The notes below the pieces were generated by a model. The model worked only from the letters and a program-made list of their open reading frames with translations. It did no database searches and was not told the origin of the DNA. Shown here piece after piece: positions 51,234 to 64,000 of a stretch of DNA of 64,000 nucleotides; the first letter of the stretch is position 1, and every line of letters begins with the position of its first letter. The stretch lies in assembly GCA_051362555.1 (NCBI GenBank), contig CM120640.1, positions 70,720,788 through 70,784,787 on the forward strand, written 5' to 3'. The DNA comes from Lingula anatina (Eukaryota; Animalia; Brachiopoda). A program made the position numbers and the translations under genes.

Positions 51234-54200
51234 TTAATAGGCATCACTTCCATCTACAGTTGACAGAAATATTTGATGAAATAATGCTGAGAATATAATT
51301 ACTTTGGATGAACGTATATGATACTAAGACTAGGCTACTGTACTTGTGTACCTGTGTGAGTTTTGTTTATTTATAACAAGTTTTACTAAAACTTTCTTTA
51401 CGTTTTTTGAGCCGAGGACTGAAACCATCCTCTACACATGATCGCCTTACCTGCGCCATCCGACGACATGGATAATCTGGAAGCTCTTCTTGGTTTATAT
51501 CGAAGTAAACTATAATCCTCCCTATAATGGAAACCACTGATGATAGTGACTTTCTTACTGATGAAGGGGGGGGGGGATAGAGGGTGGGGGGAGCAGGGCT
51601 TTCTGAAGGAAATTGATCTGGACTTTGAATATAATGACATTAACAATTTTGCAGAATTATGCCAAATTATTCTCCCTTAATGCTATGTCTACTATCCACT
51701 GTGTTATCTACTTAATATGTTTATCTACCGGCACAGTCACCCCTAAACACTCACATGGACTCCACAGGAGAGTCGCTATAGGCCAGCGTTTTGTCGTCGT
51801 CCTCGTCTGATCCCACCGTCCACTCCGTGTCACTTTTGTTTCGTCTGGGTGACACGACCACCTTCTGTCCGGGCAGGGGAGGGGCGGCGTTCTTATGAAG
51901 AAATTATAAAAAAAGCAATAGTTATCAATACCCACATGCAACTTCTATGATGCAGACAACAGAGCGAAAAAGGTAATTAACATACACCAGAACAACGCCA
52001 ATAGGCCTAAATGACAATAGTTTATTCGCGGTCTTTGTCCCTCCCTCTGTCACTCAGTATAGCAGCAACATTAGCCAAATATCAAAGTATTTTACTTTCT
52101 AGTAACAGCTTATTAACAACCATCAGGCTGTACACTCAAGGAAATAAACAATCGGATAACGAGAAAAAAACTTACGTCTGAAGAAAACCGACGCAAGCGG
52201 AAAACGCGCTTTGGTTTCTTGTCTGTGCTTTCCAGTTCACTGAGCCACGTCTTCAACCTCGACTCTAGCATACTCAGGGCCTCGTCACTGGTCTCCCAGT
52301 CCGTACACTCCTCTTTATCCTTTGTCTGCTTCTCCTCACCTCGTGGACTATATATCCATCTATCCAGTTCACTCAGTCCTGTCACTGTAGCCGACCGCAC
52401 CATCTCTTCCTTCGGTGAAAGAGGGGACGCTGGTTGAAAATTAGCACCAACTTTTTCATTCGCCGCTCCTTCTAATTTTGCTTTCTCATTAATTGGTAAA
52501 ATAGTCGCCAACGTTTCCGTCCGTTTCAATGCCTCTCTCTGGCCTGACAATGGCTTCCTTCTCGTAATCTTTGTTTGTTCTCTTCTACTGTACTTTGCCT
52601 CCTCACATATAGAGGTCAGGCCAGTCGCTCCCCGGCCTTCTCCTCCCATCTTCTTGTTGAAAGTCGTCCATATTGCACTTTGTGAGGCTTGCTGCTTAGC
52701 TGGAGAAAATGTCTGCCAATGATCTGCCTGTGTTTTTCCAATCGAGAAAGAAGCGCCAGAAGCTTTAGCACCTAGTTCCTTCGTAGTATTGATGAATGAA
52801 AGTTTGCTTTCAGAGGTAGAGGACCCATCCTGTGGGGATTTTTGATCGTCAATGTGCAATTTCAGCCAAAGACAGCGCAGAAAGTATGGGTTATCGTTTT
52901 TAGAAAACCTTTCCAGACGTCTTCCTATCTTATTTCTTGATTGTGCGATCAAAGCGTCCGCTGTCTTCGTGTACTTTTTCAGAACCAGGCGATCATATGC
53001 TCTTTTGGTGAGCAAAAGCAACTCACAAGGTTCTATGGCAGTGGCTGTCTGTAGATAGGTAGGAATATCAAGAGAAACCTCTACTTCTCCTGAAAAATAG
53101 AGATAAATTGTTTGACAGATTGCCCTTGACTAACAGTCACTTGCACGTCTAAATACGAAATTATCATTCTATTCATGTACCAATAAGAAATGTTGCAGTA
53201 ATCCGTTCGTCACAAAAACCAACGGTTTGGAAAATAATTTCTGTGGCTTTTGTTAGTGTGATATTCGTGTAAACGGACTGTATACTTGTATAATATGACA
53301 TAATATTTTCTTTGCGAATTATCTTTTACCTATTGCTTCTAATGGAGCTGCTATGCAAACTTCTACATCTCTACGTGAGCGTTCCTGTTCTTCCACCTTC
53401 GCAGATTCCATGCCACACAGTTTGCTAGAAAAAGAATTAAAATAATCCTTATTTACACTTTGCTGATGATTATGTTATCATTGTAGGTCGCGTCACAGAC
53501 CTAAATATTAATATTGTCATTGGTCACATTATATATTTAAAAAAAAAAGCAGATATAGTGCATTATCGATTTTAACATCATAAAAAGAAACATAAACGCA
53601 AGAGGCTTAGGTACAACGAGGTACATGTAAATTGAGAAAAATACAAGCGGCGCAAAGAGACACATTTTTATGTACAAAATAACACCATTTCCAACACGTT
53701 TCTTCGTGTTGGGAAGGTTGCGAGGCCAACAAAAAAACGCGAGTTTCGTCAGTATGTACCTCCTGAAATCCGGCCGCATGACCTTTGTCCAGAAGCAGCT
53801 ATCGACCTGCCAGACGGCCGAGTTTTGGCGCCAATGTGACGACGGGTCCATGGTAATCTTGACTTGACCCCTTGGAAAATAAAATGAATTCTGTGAAATT
53901 ATCCCACAGGATGGTACAGCGTTCTTAAAGGACTTTACACAATGATACCACATTAATACAGGCATGTCAAAATATTTACTATAGGATACGGTTTGTCGAA
54001 ACAAATTTGCCATGAACAAACAATTTCGACAAACGTTGTATTTAACAGGACAATTTACGGTGTATATTTGTCATTTATATACAGAGAGAGACTCTTTGAA
54101 AGAGAAAGTAAATTTAAAAAAAACGTGTACTTGATGACAAAAAAGATCCCCTCTACTGAGCTTCCCTGTTTCACAATCTTCTCATCAAAACCCGCCTTGC

Positions 54201-55160
54201 GTCGGATGAGGCTCATGGCGACTTGTTTCTTATATTTCGGCCGCCAGTTACAGAAGTATTCGCATGTGTTAGCAAAGGCCATTTTAGCATTAAACTCTTG
54301 TTCCTGCGCGGCTCTCAGACAGCGATTGAAGAGTTCTCTGCTGACGACCAGTAAATCTGTCTTGGTGTCAGCTATAACGGTGGCGGTACGGACGCAGTCC
54401 TCGGTAATCAGGGCTACTTCACCAAAACTTTTACCTTCACCTGTAAAGATTTCACGATTCTAGATTTAGTATCATTTTGTACTTTCATAAGAATATAGTC
54501 CGGCAGCTATATATACAGTATGTTTGTGTTGTACAGATGTAAAATCAAAATTCAAAAGAAAAGTGTTGGTGTTTAATTAGATTCCCTTTTTAGTCATTTG
54601 AAATAAAGAAAGCGCCTTCTCTCCTGATTTGAACTTGGAACATATTTTTTTACAAACTGGTCCAAAACCAGAACTCACCCAGCGTGGTCACGAATGCTCC
54701 ATACACACTTCTATCTACAGCCTTGTATCCCGGTACCTCGGCTGCCGTCTTCTTCCTCAGCCTACCGCTTTCTACCGAGCCACTTGCTTCATCTTCTTCA
54801 ATTTTGTTATTTATGTAAATGGAAATTTGACCTCCCAGTATGATGTAGAATCTAATTGAAATAACAGAAAAGCCAACTAACTGTTGAGTGTAAAAAACAT
54901 GTAAATATTGTTAGATGACCGTACAGTTGTTACCACGGTTGACTGAAGTTACCGACTTTTGAAGTTGCAGATGGGACATGTGGCGTTTCGTTCTCCGTCC
55001 TTTTTAAGCTTCTTTTATCCACATCAATTGTTGTCTTGAATTTCAAAAAAACATGACCCCCATCCGAACATTTAGGTCAGAAAAGAAGACAATATATACG
55101 CATTATTTGCCAACTGCATTTTCATTAATACTGTTTCTATTACAACGTCTACTAGTACTA

Positions 55161-55212
<52 letters not shown>

Positions 55213-56740
55213 CAATATTTTTATAATTATTATTATTATCATTCGAACAATTGTTGTTGTTGTTGTTGAGAATTGTTTCTGTGAGGGGTATGGTCGTACC
55301 TGTTCCCTGTGTCGGACTGCTGAATAATAACATCATCCCTGTGACAGGTAATAAATTCACAATTCCGAATGATATCCTTCATGACGTCTGCAAGAAAAGA
55401 ACGCATCAATCTTTTCAGAGTGGACAATGATTATGTTTCGTAGCAGAATGGTCGGTAAATAATATCAGAGTGTATTTTGATATGATAATCATCCTGTATC
55501 TTGAATGCTGGGGGGAGGTGGATACAGATATAGATAGCTTGCTGACATCTCGCTCAATCAATGTCCTGTCAACGTATTAACTCTTGTTGCATTTTAATGC
55601 GCAAGAATTGTGATTCCGGAACAGAAATGATCGGAGTGCAAGGTGATGAGAAAGAAAAATGAGAAAAGAAATGCCAAAGAACGTCGCCGTATAAAATAAT
55701 TTATTTAAGACCTGTTATATTACTTTCCATGTATTTGCTACATGCGGTTTTAAATTACAAAACAGAAAAATGTGACGTTTTTAGATGGGATCTGATAACC
55801 TTAGGCCTACTAGAAGCCTCCATCTTGGCCAGCTTGCGGCTGTGATTGCTTTTGTACTCGCTGTTTATCAAAATACAAGTATAACTTGTTGACAGAGAGT
55901 AAACCATTAAGCGCCGTTTTGCGCAATATTTACGTTTTCTTCTTGTCACTACTTCCTCCGCTCTCCCGTAGACAAAACCAGTTACTACTGCCATGTGACC
56001 TCTGCCCCATGTTACCTAAACTTTTCAAGCCGATTCCATGTTGGATTACTTTGATTGCAAATTCTTTACTGAAATGCTTTTGGTTTTTTACTGTAGCTTT
56101 GTCCTGAAAGAAAACATACACAATCCCCCCCTCTGTTACTGTAAATATTGCTTACAAATGCTATTTAACTGTTCATTCTCGTGCCTTTAGAGGCTGCTGC
56201 CGTCAGCGTGGTATGTTTTATGTATATCGATGCGGGAAAAGCAAAATACCTATTTAAATCGAATCCTGAAAATTTGGGTGAATGCATTATTAGCATTTTT
56301 ATATGCATTTTTGAACATGCAATCTGCTTTAAATCAGTAATGTTATTCTGTTACACTGCGACTACTGTTTCGCGATTCAGTCGGTCGTCCGCGTACTGCG
56401 GAAACTTGTCAACTTTTCTTAAAAGTCGCCTTTGCGAATCAGTTGACAGAATTCCTCATTAATTTTCCTCATAAGGTCGTCGTCTCGGATGGTTGAATCC
56501 GACCCTGCTATTCACTCTCCAAAAATCTCACAAAAACAAGATCCAACAAATCAAATAACTATCAATATCAAAGCACATCCTAACAATTACACCAACCAAC
56601 CCCAGCTTACCTCGCTGTAGAGATTTAAACAACTCCGATTTTTTCTGGAACCAGGGGAATAGCTGTTCTATCATGGAGTCCGACCTGGAGCTTGGCGGTT
56701 GTGTGATCACGGAGAGCACCTTGCGGTACATTAGAGCCAT
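51234..56740 (-). CDS. CNBD2-like cyclic-nucleotide-binding-domain protein, paralogue A
   Basis: Approximate exons 56740-56611, 55387-55300, 54851-54680, 54441-54131, 53872-53759, 53425-53330, 53090-52175, 51891-51755, 51521-51451, 51253-51234. CNBD1: VIIQQSDTGNRFYIILGG...GKSFGEVALITEDCVRTATVIA. CNBD2 is degenerate (IGEVEVSLDIPTYLQTATA). The 3' end is uncertain. Confidence 0.75.
55163..55268. repeat. (ATT)n/(TTG)n microsatellite
   Basis: Intronic trinucleotide runs. Confidence 0.9.
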
Positions 56741-56920
56741 CTCTCTGCCACTACTCCTCTACCTCGGAGAACTGCTGCTGCAAGGGGGGAGAGTTTAGAT
56801 GGATAAGTAATGTAAAATTATAAAGGCGATTGAAAAAAATTGCTTATTGAGGTGTCCAACCTAGCCATGGTCTGTGCATAGTCTGCATAGTCCCCCCCCC
56901 CAAAAAAAACAATATATATA

Positions 56921-58214
56921 GGGGGAGACCGGGGCTAGTTGGCCCAGTTAGACACTTTTGGCCTTGTAGAGCCAACTAGGAGTGGGTTAGAGTAACAAAA
57001 CCGGTTTTAAAGTAAGCCCCATGAACTAAGCTACGTATGCAACGTCAATATTTTTCAAATATAATGCCAGGTGGCTCAAAATTTGACAAAAAACGCAGTT
57101 GACGTCAAGGGGGCCAACTTGCCCCGCCATGGGGCAAGTTGGCCCCAGGGTCGGGGCAAGTTGGCCCCCCTATACGAAGATGAAGTATATATCCCATGTA
57201 AACGCCTTGAAATACATTTTTATAAATTTTTAATTTATTTAATTGATTTTTGAGAGACTTTGATGAATAAACAGTTCAAATGAGGCAGATTTATTGAGGT
57301 TTCCGTACGTCACGTTGTTGGGGGGGGGGGGTATGTGTTGCAAGAACCAAAATATCTATCAATAAAATGTGTTTTGTTTTAATTAAGAATAAATAAATAA
57401 TGGTATAAAGAAGGTTTTAATGAATGAAAACGAATAATAAATTTTCTTTTTAAAAGAGTAACAAATTCAGTTTTAAACCATTGAGTTTGTTTCAACACTG
57501 GTCTCTAGCTAGGGAGGGGTAGAAAATCTCCTTGGGGACACATATAACACTATAAATACAAAGGGAATCCCCTTACAATGAATTAAGGCAAAATAAATGT
57601 TTTTCTACGGAAAGTCCAATGGATTTGCTATTTAATACTTACAATCAACAGAATATTTCTAATATAAATTTTCAAAAAGACACCAGAGAGAAAATTAAAA
57701 AAAAAAAAAAAAAAAAACAGACGGTAATAGACACCGGCAAGCTTTGTCAATTTCACCAACTTGTTTATTTCAAACAGCGTTGCGCGCAAAGGTTTGTGGG
57801 TAATATGAGGGTCCAATTTGCCCCGAGCCAAGGGGGCCAACTAGCCCCGGGTGCACATTATTTATTTTAAAGGATGGTAGCCATTTATGGTGCTAGAATG
57901 AGCAACGATGATACGTCTGTGTGAAACTTGAAACAATGAGCTTCAGTTTGATGCCCTATTCATATCTTATATTCGATCAAAAGCCTATGAAAATAGATTT
58001 TGAAATCTCTTAAACAAAATTACTTTTAGGTGCAAAAATCGTTTATTTCGACTCACCGCTTCAGTAAAACTTTTTAACGTCTGACACTTCCTTAGCATTG
58101 TAGGCTACAGTCACTTTGCAAGAGTATGTGGCCAATTTTTTTTTACCTCGTAGTTACTTTTTCATAAATTGACGGGGGGCCAACTTACCCCGGGGTCCAA
58201 CTAGCCCCGGTCTC

Positions 58215-58217
<3 letters not shown>
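56921..58217. mobile_element. Non-autonomous TA-target DNA transposon (Tc1/mariner-pogo-like)
   Basis: 21-bp perfect TIR GGGGAGACCGGGGCTAGTTGG / CCAACTAGCCCCGGTCTCCCC, inserted in (TA)n; internal ggggccaacttgcccc repeats; no transposase ORF. Confidence 0.8.

Positions 58218-58272
<55 letters not shown>
58218..58272. repeat. (TA)n microsatellite
   Basis: Pure TA run flanking the transposon. Confidence 0.95.
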
Positions 58273-58276
<4 letters not shown>

Positions 58277-59607
58277 GGAATGTAAACGTATTAACTTAGA
58301 GTGTAGTATGATGCTTACCAGAAAATGTAGCTTTTGTATTACCTCCTATTAAAATAGCTCTGTCTTCCTTCCCCCTCTCTTTCTCTCTGTCTCATAAATA
58401 TACTGCGTGAGTGCAATGCCAGCATTATATAATGAATACACTGTACTAAATACACCACACAAGCCTGTTAAGATACAATCTTTAAAATTGTACTGGAATT
58501 TTAGAGAAATTGAAAAAAAAATAGGTCTTTATCGTATAAAAAATCAAATTCGGAAAATGTCAGACGTACGCAGAACAATGAAGTCAGCTATTTCTTTAAA
58601 TTGGATCCGAAAAATTTGAGACATAAAACTGGTCTTTTGGATAGGACTGTCATAATTGAGAAGTCATGTTTTTACTGGGCCTGCTTCAATTTAACGACAT
58701 ATTTCTTTGCTCCTCGTAAGTATCTTAAAAAGAAAAATCGTGCCTATTGCATTTTAAAATTACACACTCTTCGACTATTTTGCCAGTGAATTTATTAACA
58801 ATATTTGTACGTTGACACGGTGTTGACTTTCCCGCGAGGTGTGACGGTTAAGTCTTATCAAGACGCTCAGAGATTTAGACCTAGAAGTGATAATAGGGGA
58901 ACTGAAGTGAAGGAGAAACCAACTTACAGTTGTAATTTTAAAATCACAAACGCTAATGTTTTTTGAAAAAAATGTGCGTTGTTATTGCTGATATTAGCGT
59001 CAACAGACCCGTAACATTTGGGCATGTGTTCACAAACACCGCGGTGCGTTTTCTCATACGTTAATACACGCGCCTGTCAGCAGAACTTTCTTTGTTCAAT
59101 ATGAACCCTTACGACACCGTACATCATGCGCAAGATCCGATTTAATTTCTAAAGCTTCAAAAAATTTGAAGACATTTCACGAGTAGACCTATGCCTCAGT
59201 GCACTGATTGTCAGTGTTCCAACTGCTATTTACATAACCTTCAACACTGACATATTGAACGTTTTTTGAGGCAGAAAACAGGCTTTAGGTTGATCTAGGT
59301 TCATTCTAATGAAACAAAATTTGGTAAACTTTGTTTATCCTTTTTTTCAACTTTTTTAACTTTATAAAGCAGGTCCATCTGCTGCTTTTAAGTGAACTGC
59401 ACCGTATGCAACCTTCCTAACAGTAGAACAAAAACCATGATATTAAAAAACACGTTACTTTTTCTAAAAGTTTCCACTGTTCTTTTCTCTTGTCACATTT
59501 CAACCATCTTTCACATTACATTTTTCTTGTGACAATCAAAATTGAAGAAAAGTCATCATAGATCAAATATACCCCCACCGTGGAAATAACGTTGAGTAAG
59601 AAACTTA

Positions 59608-59800
59608 CTATCTGCAGCCTCATCCTGAGCGTCTCCCAGCGTCTCACAGTGTGGTCGTCTTGTTGCAGACGGTAGAAACACGCGACTGACGTGCCGTGAT
59701 GTCAGCGCGCACTACGCAGCCCATAATTTTAACCGACCTTTGCGCTTAACTGAAATATCCCTCCCCCTGGGAGCATGGCGCACTGCGTTCACGTAGCAAC
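59608..59800 (-). promoter_or_regulatory. Probable promoter and non-coding first exon of CNBD paralogue A
   Basis: CpG-rich; minus-strand donor ata|gtaagt at ~59608; Inr-like TCAGTC at ~59689; X-box-like GTTGCTACGTGAAC at 59787-59800; 5'UTR acceptor at ~56779. Confidence 0.4.
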
Positions 59801-60836
59801 TTAATGGCTGTGATACTTTAAGTAAGCGTTTCCATTTAATACACGCTAATGTTACCCTGTCACCTCGGCAGTCCTAGCCTCAGGAGAGATAATACTACTT
59901 TGAAAACGAGGCATTCTCACTGCGACAACAGAATGACGAACTGTTCACATAAATAATTTAAAGGCTCACTTTCCCCCCGTTTCCGTAAACTAATATTTGC
60001 ACATTTTATGCTCCCCCTTTGCGATAATGCCCTGTTGTAGAGAGGGGCTTTGTGACTACTTGAGTGATTTAGCCTTTGTCACAGTGACGTTTTGGTTCAA
60101 CTTACCGGACTTGACGCCTTTGATATCTACGGCCAGGCACGGAGATATTGCAATAAATTCCAAACATTATGAAGCCACCAATAATCCACTGGCCGCCACT
60201 TGTGTGGGGTGGTGGGGAGAAGTTATTGGATACAAATCTACCAGAAAAGATTGTTTTTTGTGAAATGCAATATACACGCAAGGAAATGAGATTCTACTCC
60301 CGGTCGCACATCTCGGTGAGAACTACATAGGATAAATATCCAGGATTAGACTTAATTTGTGTATAGGACTGAGAAGAGCGGTTGATAATATCACGTGTAC
60401 TATTTTCGGAGTATTTAAGCATAAAAAACCAATGACAGCATTTGAAGTTGAGAAGATATCCATTGTTTTCACGGTCGCTTGAGGGCAATGTGCTTTCAGG
60501 TGTATTTTACTTCATCGCCCTTAGGCTATATCACCTTTAGGGATTTGGTTACAATTCTTTGCTAGTTATCGCACAAATCAGAACACGCACGCAAGATGAC
60601 ATAAAGCGAGATACTACTTTGTGTATTCACAAGCAAGCACCTTTTAACATTTCTCTCAATACTTCAATAACCCCACAAGAAGTTTTATTTGTGAATCTTT
60701 TAAACATTTGTGACGTGCCGAATGTCATTTTCACTGATGCACTGCGAAAATGTCGTAAACTATAACCCTCAAAGGTGTGAGCCCCCCCCCAAAAAAAAAA
60801 AAAAAGAAAGAAAGAAAAGAAAAGAAGCACCTACTC

Positions 60837-61096
60837 CAGGGCCGTAGCCTCCGGGGGGGCAGGGGGGGCAGCTGCCCCCCCTGGGATTTGAGGCGCAAAT
60901 ATGGCAAAATGGCAAAATGAACCCACAATTTTTGACTTCTGATTGAGCAATAAATAACAGTTAAAATGCACCAGAATGCAGTATTATACATACAGTTTTT
61001 TAAAAATTTTCCACACCCACCCCACCCCCTCGGGGGCTTTGCCCCCTCGTGTCCGCTTACTGCCCCCCCTGGCATTTTGCTCAGGCTACGGCCCTG
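60837..61096. mobile_element. hAT-like MITE with 5-bp target-site duplication
   Basis: tactc-CAGGGCCGTAGCCT...AGGCTACGGCCCTG-tactc. Confidence 0.8.
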
Positions 61097-61872
61097 TACT
61101 CAAGATGCTTGTGCTTAGTAAAACTTCATTACTCAATTATATTTCAATCAACTCTACTTTTTACAGTTTCAATTGAAAATACTTCAAAATCAGCTTGTCT
61201 TTTTTCGTATTTTCATTCCTAGTCAATTTGTTTCTCTTGGGGAAAACAAGTGTCTCCCGTCTGTATTTCCATTACTTTTAATATCCGTCTCTTTAGAGGA
61301 AAAGTGTAATAGTTCATGGTGGTAGCTAGTAGATGAGCAGAAAGCCTTCCTCACTTGCGACGTATGTATTGAACTGGGATTTGCCTGAAAAGTAATAAAA
61401 CACTGATGTATTTTTGCAACATGAACCATTAGTATTTTTTAAGGGTTGGGGACCTGCAACTAGATATGAAAAAATTCAAGCTCTTATAAAGACATCAGAT
61501 TAACTTTGTCCCCACGATGCCTTTGATAACATTTTTTATATCTAATCTAAAATTCAGGGATGCAACAACAGAAGATCTGCCTACCACAGAGAAAGGTTCA
61601 CCATCCAAAGAACACGTTGATAAGTGAGTACGGGGGTCTGCGGGTATAATCAAACACTTTTACATGAAAGACTACATGTAACACGAGATCCGCCTTATTT
61701 GATCAGTGCGAAATTATCGTCTATTTAGAGATCCCACTTGTGACGGGTACAATCAAACTTCACAGGCACCCCTCTCCAGTATAGGGGTGTCTTCAGTTTG
61801 ATTGCTTTAAAAATAGCAAACTTACGATTTTTTTCGAATTCTTTAAGGGCATGCACGCAGATCAAACTTACT

Positions 61873-64000
61873 TCATTGCTTCGACTTTAGAAGTGTCTGT
61901 AGCCTCTCGAAATCTCTCTTGGTATAGTTCGCTCTCGGAGGAATCTTAACGGTATAAATAAAAGTTAGTGTGAAGAACTATCACAGTGTGCCATATTTCA
62001 TAATCAGCAGAATCTATGTAGCGTGAAACACATTATTAGAGTTTTCAAGAATCAACTGAATTGATTTACAGAAGTTGCTATTCACTGCATGGCACCTTCC
62101 TTGAGTGGTGCTTTTTACCAATGATGAAAATATCATGTTTAGACAAAAGAAAAGTAAGTTATGATAAAAAGTAAACTGCATCAATAAATCTGAGACTTCT
62201 TTCATTTGTCTTCCTTTTATAAAACAGAGTTACGATTTTCATACACTGGATGATCATGACCTAATAAACAGTTATCCAGAGAAAGAGATATCAGCTTAAT
62301 TTCATGGTTTCCTGGTGAACATTGTCGGTCGTTTAGTTGTCTAACAAGCCTACTTATGGGAAAGATATTTTTTTATTAACCCTCAAAATAAAGGTTTAAT
62401 GAATAATAATAAAAAGATAAATAGCCCCCCCCCCCCCCCCACCGTGTATTATGTGGTATATCTACCTCCTCCCACCTTCTGCCTAGGACCGCCAAATTGT
62501 ATTGACAATTAAAGTCTGCCCCACCCCCATCCCCCTGCCCGTATCCCCTCTCCCCCCGTGTGTTATATGGCATACCTTGTCTTCTTGTAATATCTCAATC
62601 ATGGTTTCCCTCCTACCGCCCTCTGCCGGGGACCGCCGGTTTGAATTGGGACTGTTGATACCGCCTGGCAAACAGGGGAACGTCACAAATTTTACACTTG
62701 AATGTGCACTTTTTTTCAACGCAGTGGAAAAATGTGCCATGAACAAGCCTCTACCAGTGTGGCAGATTATATAGGGAAAAACGGAAAAAATCCAGTCAAA
62801 TGACTGTCTATTTATCTAGAGACATATCTGTGAATATCTGTGAAAAATCAATCCGTAGCCCTGGTAGAGGGTATGTTGTTATAAGCTTTCACTCTTATCA
62901 ATTGTGACTGTAACTGAATATGCGTACTTGAAGTTTAACAAGCGAACAGTTGTTTTACTCTACATCAATGAACAAAAGCACATGTAAAATTGCTTACTTT
63001 TCAAAGCTACATAATCAGAGGGTGTGCTTTCACTGAAATAAACAGCAAAAATTGTGTTATAATCACATGTTGTTTTATCTGTAACGTGAATATCATATAT
63101 CACTAATGTTGTGATCGCCTTGGAATTATCCTACGATATTCCTGAGATGAAATGTGAAAAAGATGACTAAACTTCGTAATAATACCAGTAATTAGGATGT
63201 ATACATGCACAGAAAAATGGTATGTGGTATTTGGTATTTTATATTGTTTTTAAGGCCTTTACTGCTGTACAGATTAGGAGAAATAGATATGAATAAATTG
63301 TTGTAGATCTATCGAATGTTTCTCATTAATTAATAACGTGCTTACAAGAATCCGTCTGTAGGCTGTATAGTTGGGCTGTCTCCCTCGCTCTCGTCAAAGA
63401 AACCAAAAACATCATCATTCTCTATTTTTCGTTCACTTTTCCCGTCCTTTGGAAAATAAGATACGAAAACTTTTTGGCCAGGAAACGGCGGTGCATTACC
63501 CTAATAAATAAAATAAAATCATGGGTTTTATATTCGGCTAGGCATTATTGAACATATCATCTAACACATTTATTCTTAGTGGAAACAAAATTGCGTTGTC
63601 AACGCATACATTTTTATTCGAAAGAGGAGTGAGATTGAATGAGGTGGGTGAGTTTCGGGCAGTAAAACTTACATCAGCAGAAAACCTACGAAGACGAAAC
63701 ACCCTTTTTGGTTTCCTATCTTTACTTTCTATTTCGGCGTGCCATGTTTTCAATTTCATCTCCAGAACGCTCAGGGCCGCGTCGCTTGTCTGCCAGTCAT
63801 AAAAAGGCGGCCTAGTCTCTATATTGTGATACTGCAACGTTTGATCGTGTGAACAGTAATTCAACCTTTCCAAATCTGAGTAAACCGAGAATCTAAGAAT
63901 TCCGTTCGACCCAGCGTCTCTAAAAGAACCTTCGTACGTGCTGCCACCTTTTGAGTAAAGTCTGTTGGATTTCTTACACAGCTGCACTAATCCGTTAGCT
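61873..64000 (-). CDS. 3' part of CNBD2-like paralogue B (5' part beyond the window)
   Basis: DWQTSDAALSVLEMKLKTW...KPKRVFRLRRFSAD|GNAPPFPGQKVFVS aligns to paralogue A DWETSDEALSMLESRLKTW...KPKRVFRLRRFSSD|NAAPPLPGQKVVVS with the same intron position. Further exons at ~63500-63346, ~62750-62576 and possibly 61944-61873. Confidence 0.7.

Noticed and set aside
55103-55360. Poly-Asn/Gln ORFs
   Set aside because: Translation of an intronic (ATT)n/(TTG)n microsatellite.
60731-61176. G/P-rich ORFs
   Set aside because: They lie within the hAT-like MITE and a poly-A/purine tract.

Overview
AT-rich, intron-rich animal genomic DNA. It is probably from a marine invertebrate such as a mollusc, inferred from gene content and repeat types. 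Genes were reconstructed by hand from splice sites and reading phase. In order: (1) KIAA2013 orthologue (+, ~0.5-10.4 kb) with two phase-compatible first exons. (2) An apparently intact ~40-exon four-repeat K+-selective cyclic-nucleotide-gated channel (CNGK/tetraKCNG type; -, 11.5-28.8 kb) with four GYGD pores and four CNBDs. (3) A divergent two-exon orphan type-I membrane glycoprotein (+, 29.8-31.5 kb) sharing an RFX X-box/forkhead promoter region with the channel. (4) PAXIP1/PTIP (-), containing a U12-type intron, head-to-head with (5) DCAF7/WDR68 (+). (6) A young 5'-truncated CR1/L2-like LINE. (7,8) Two tandem CNBD2-like cyclic-nucleotide-binding paralogues (-). Introns carry several non-autonomous DNA elements (Harbinger-, Academ-, Kolobok-, hAT-, Tc1/mariner- and Helentron-like). 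The most striking unexplained pattern is about ten local duplications at or across splice acceptors, splice donors or the stop codon in five genes, which leave arrays of decoy splice sites.
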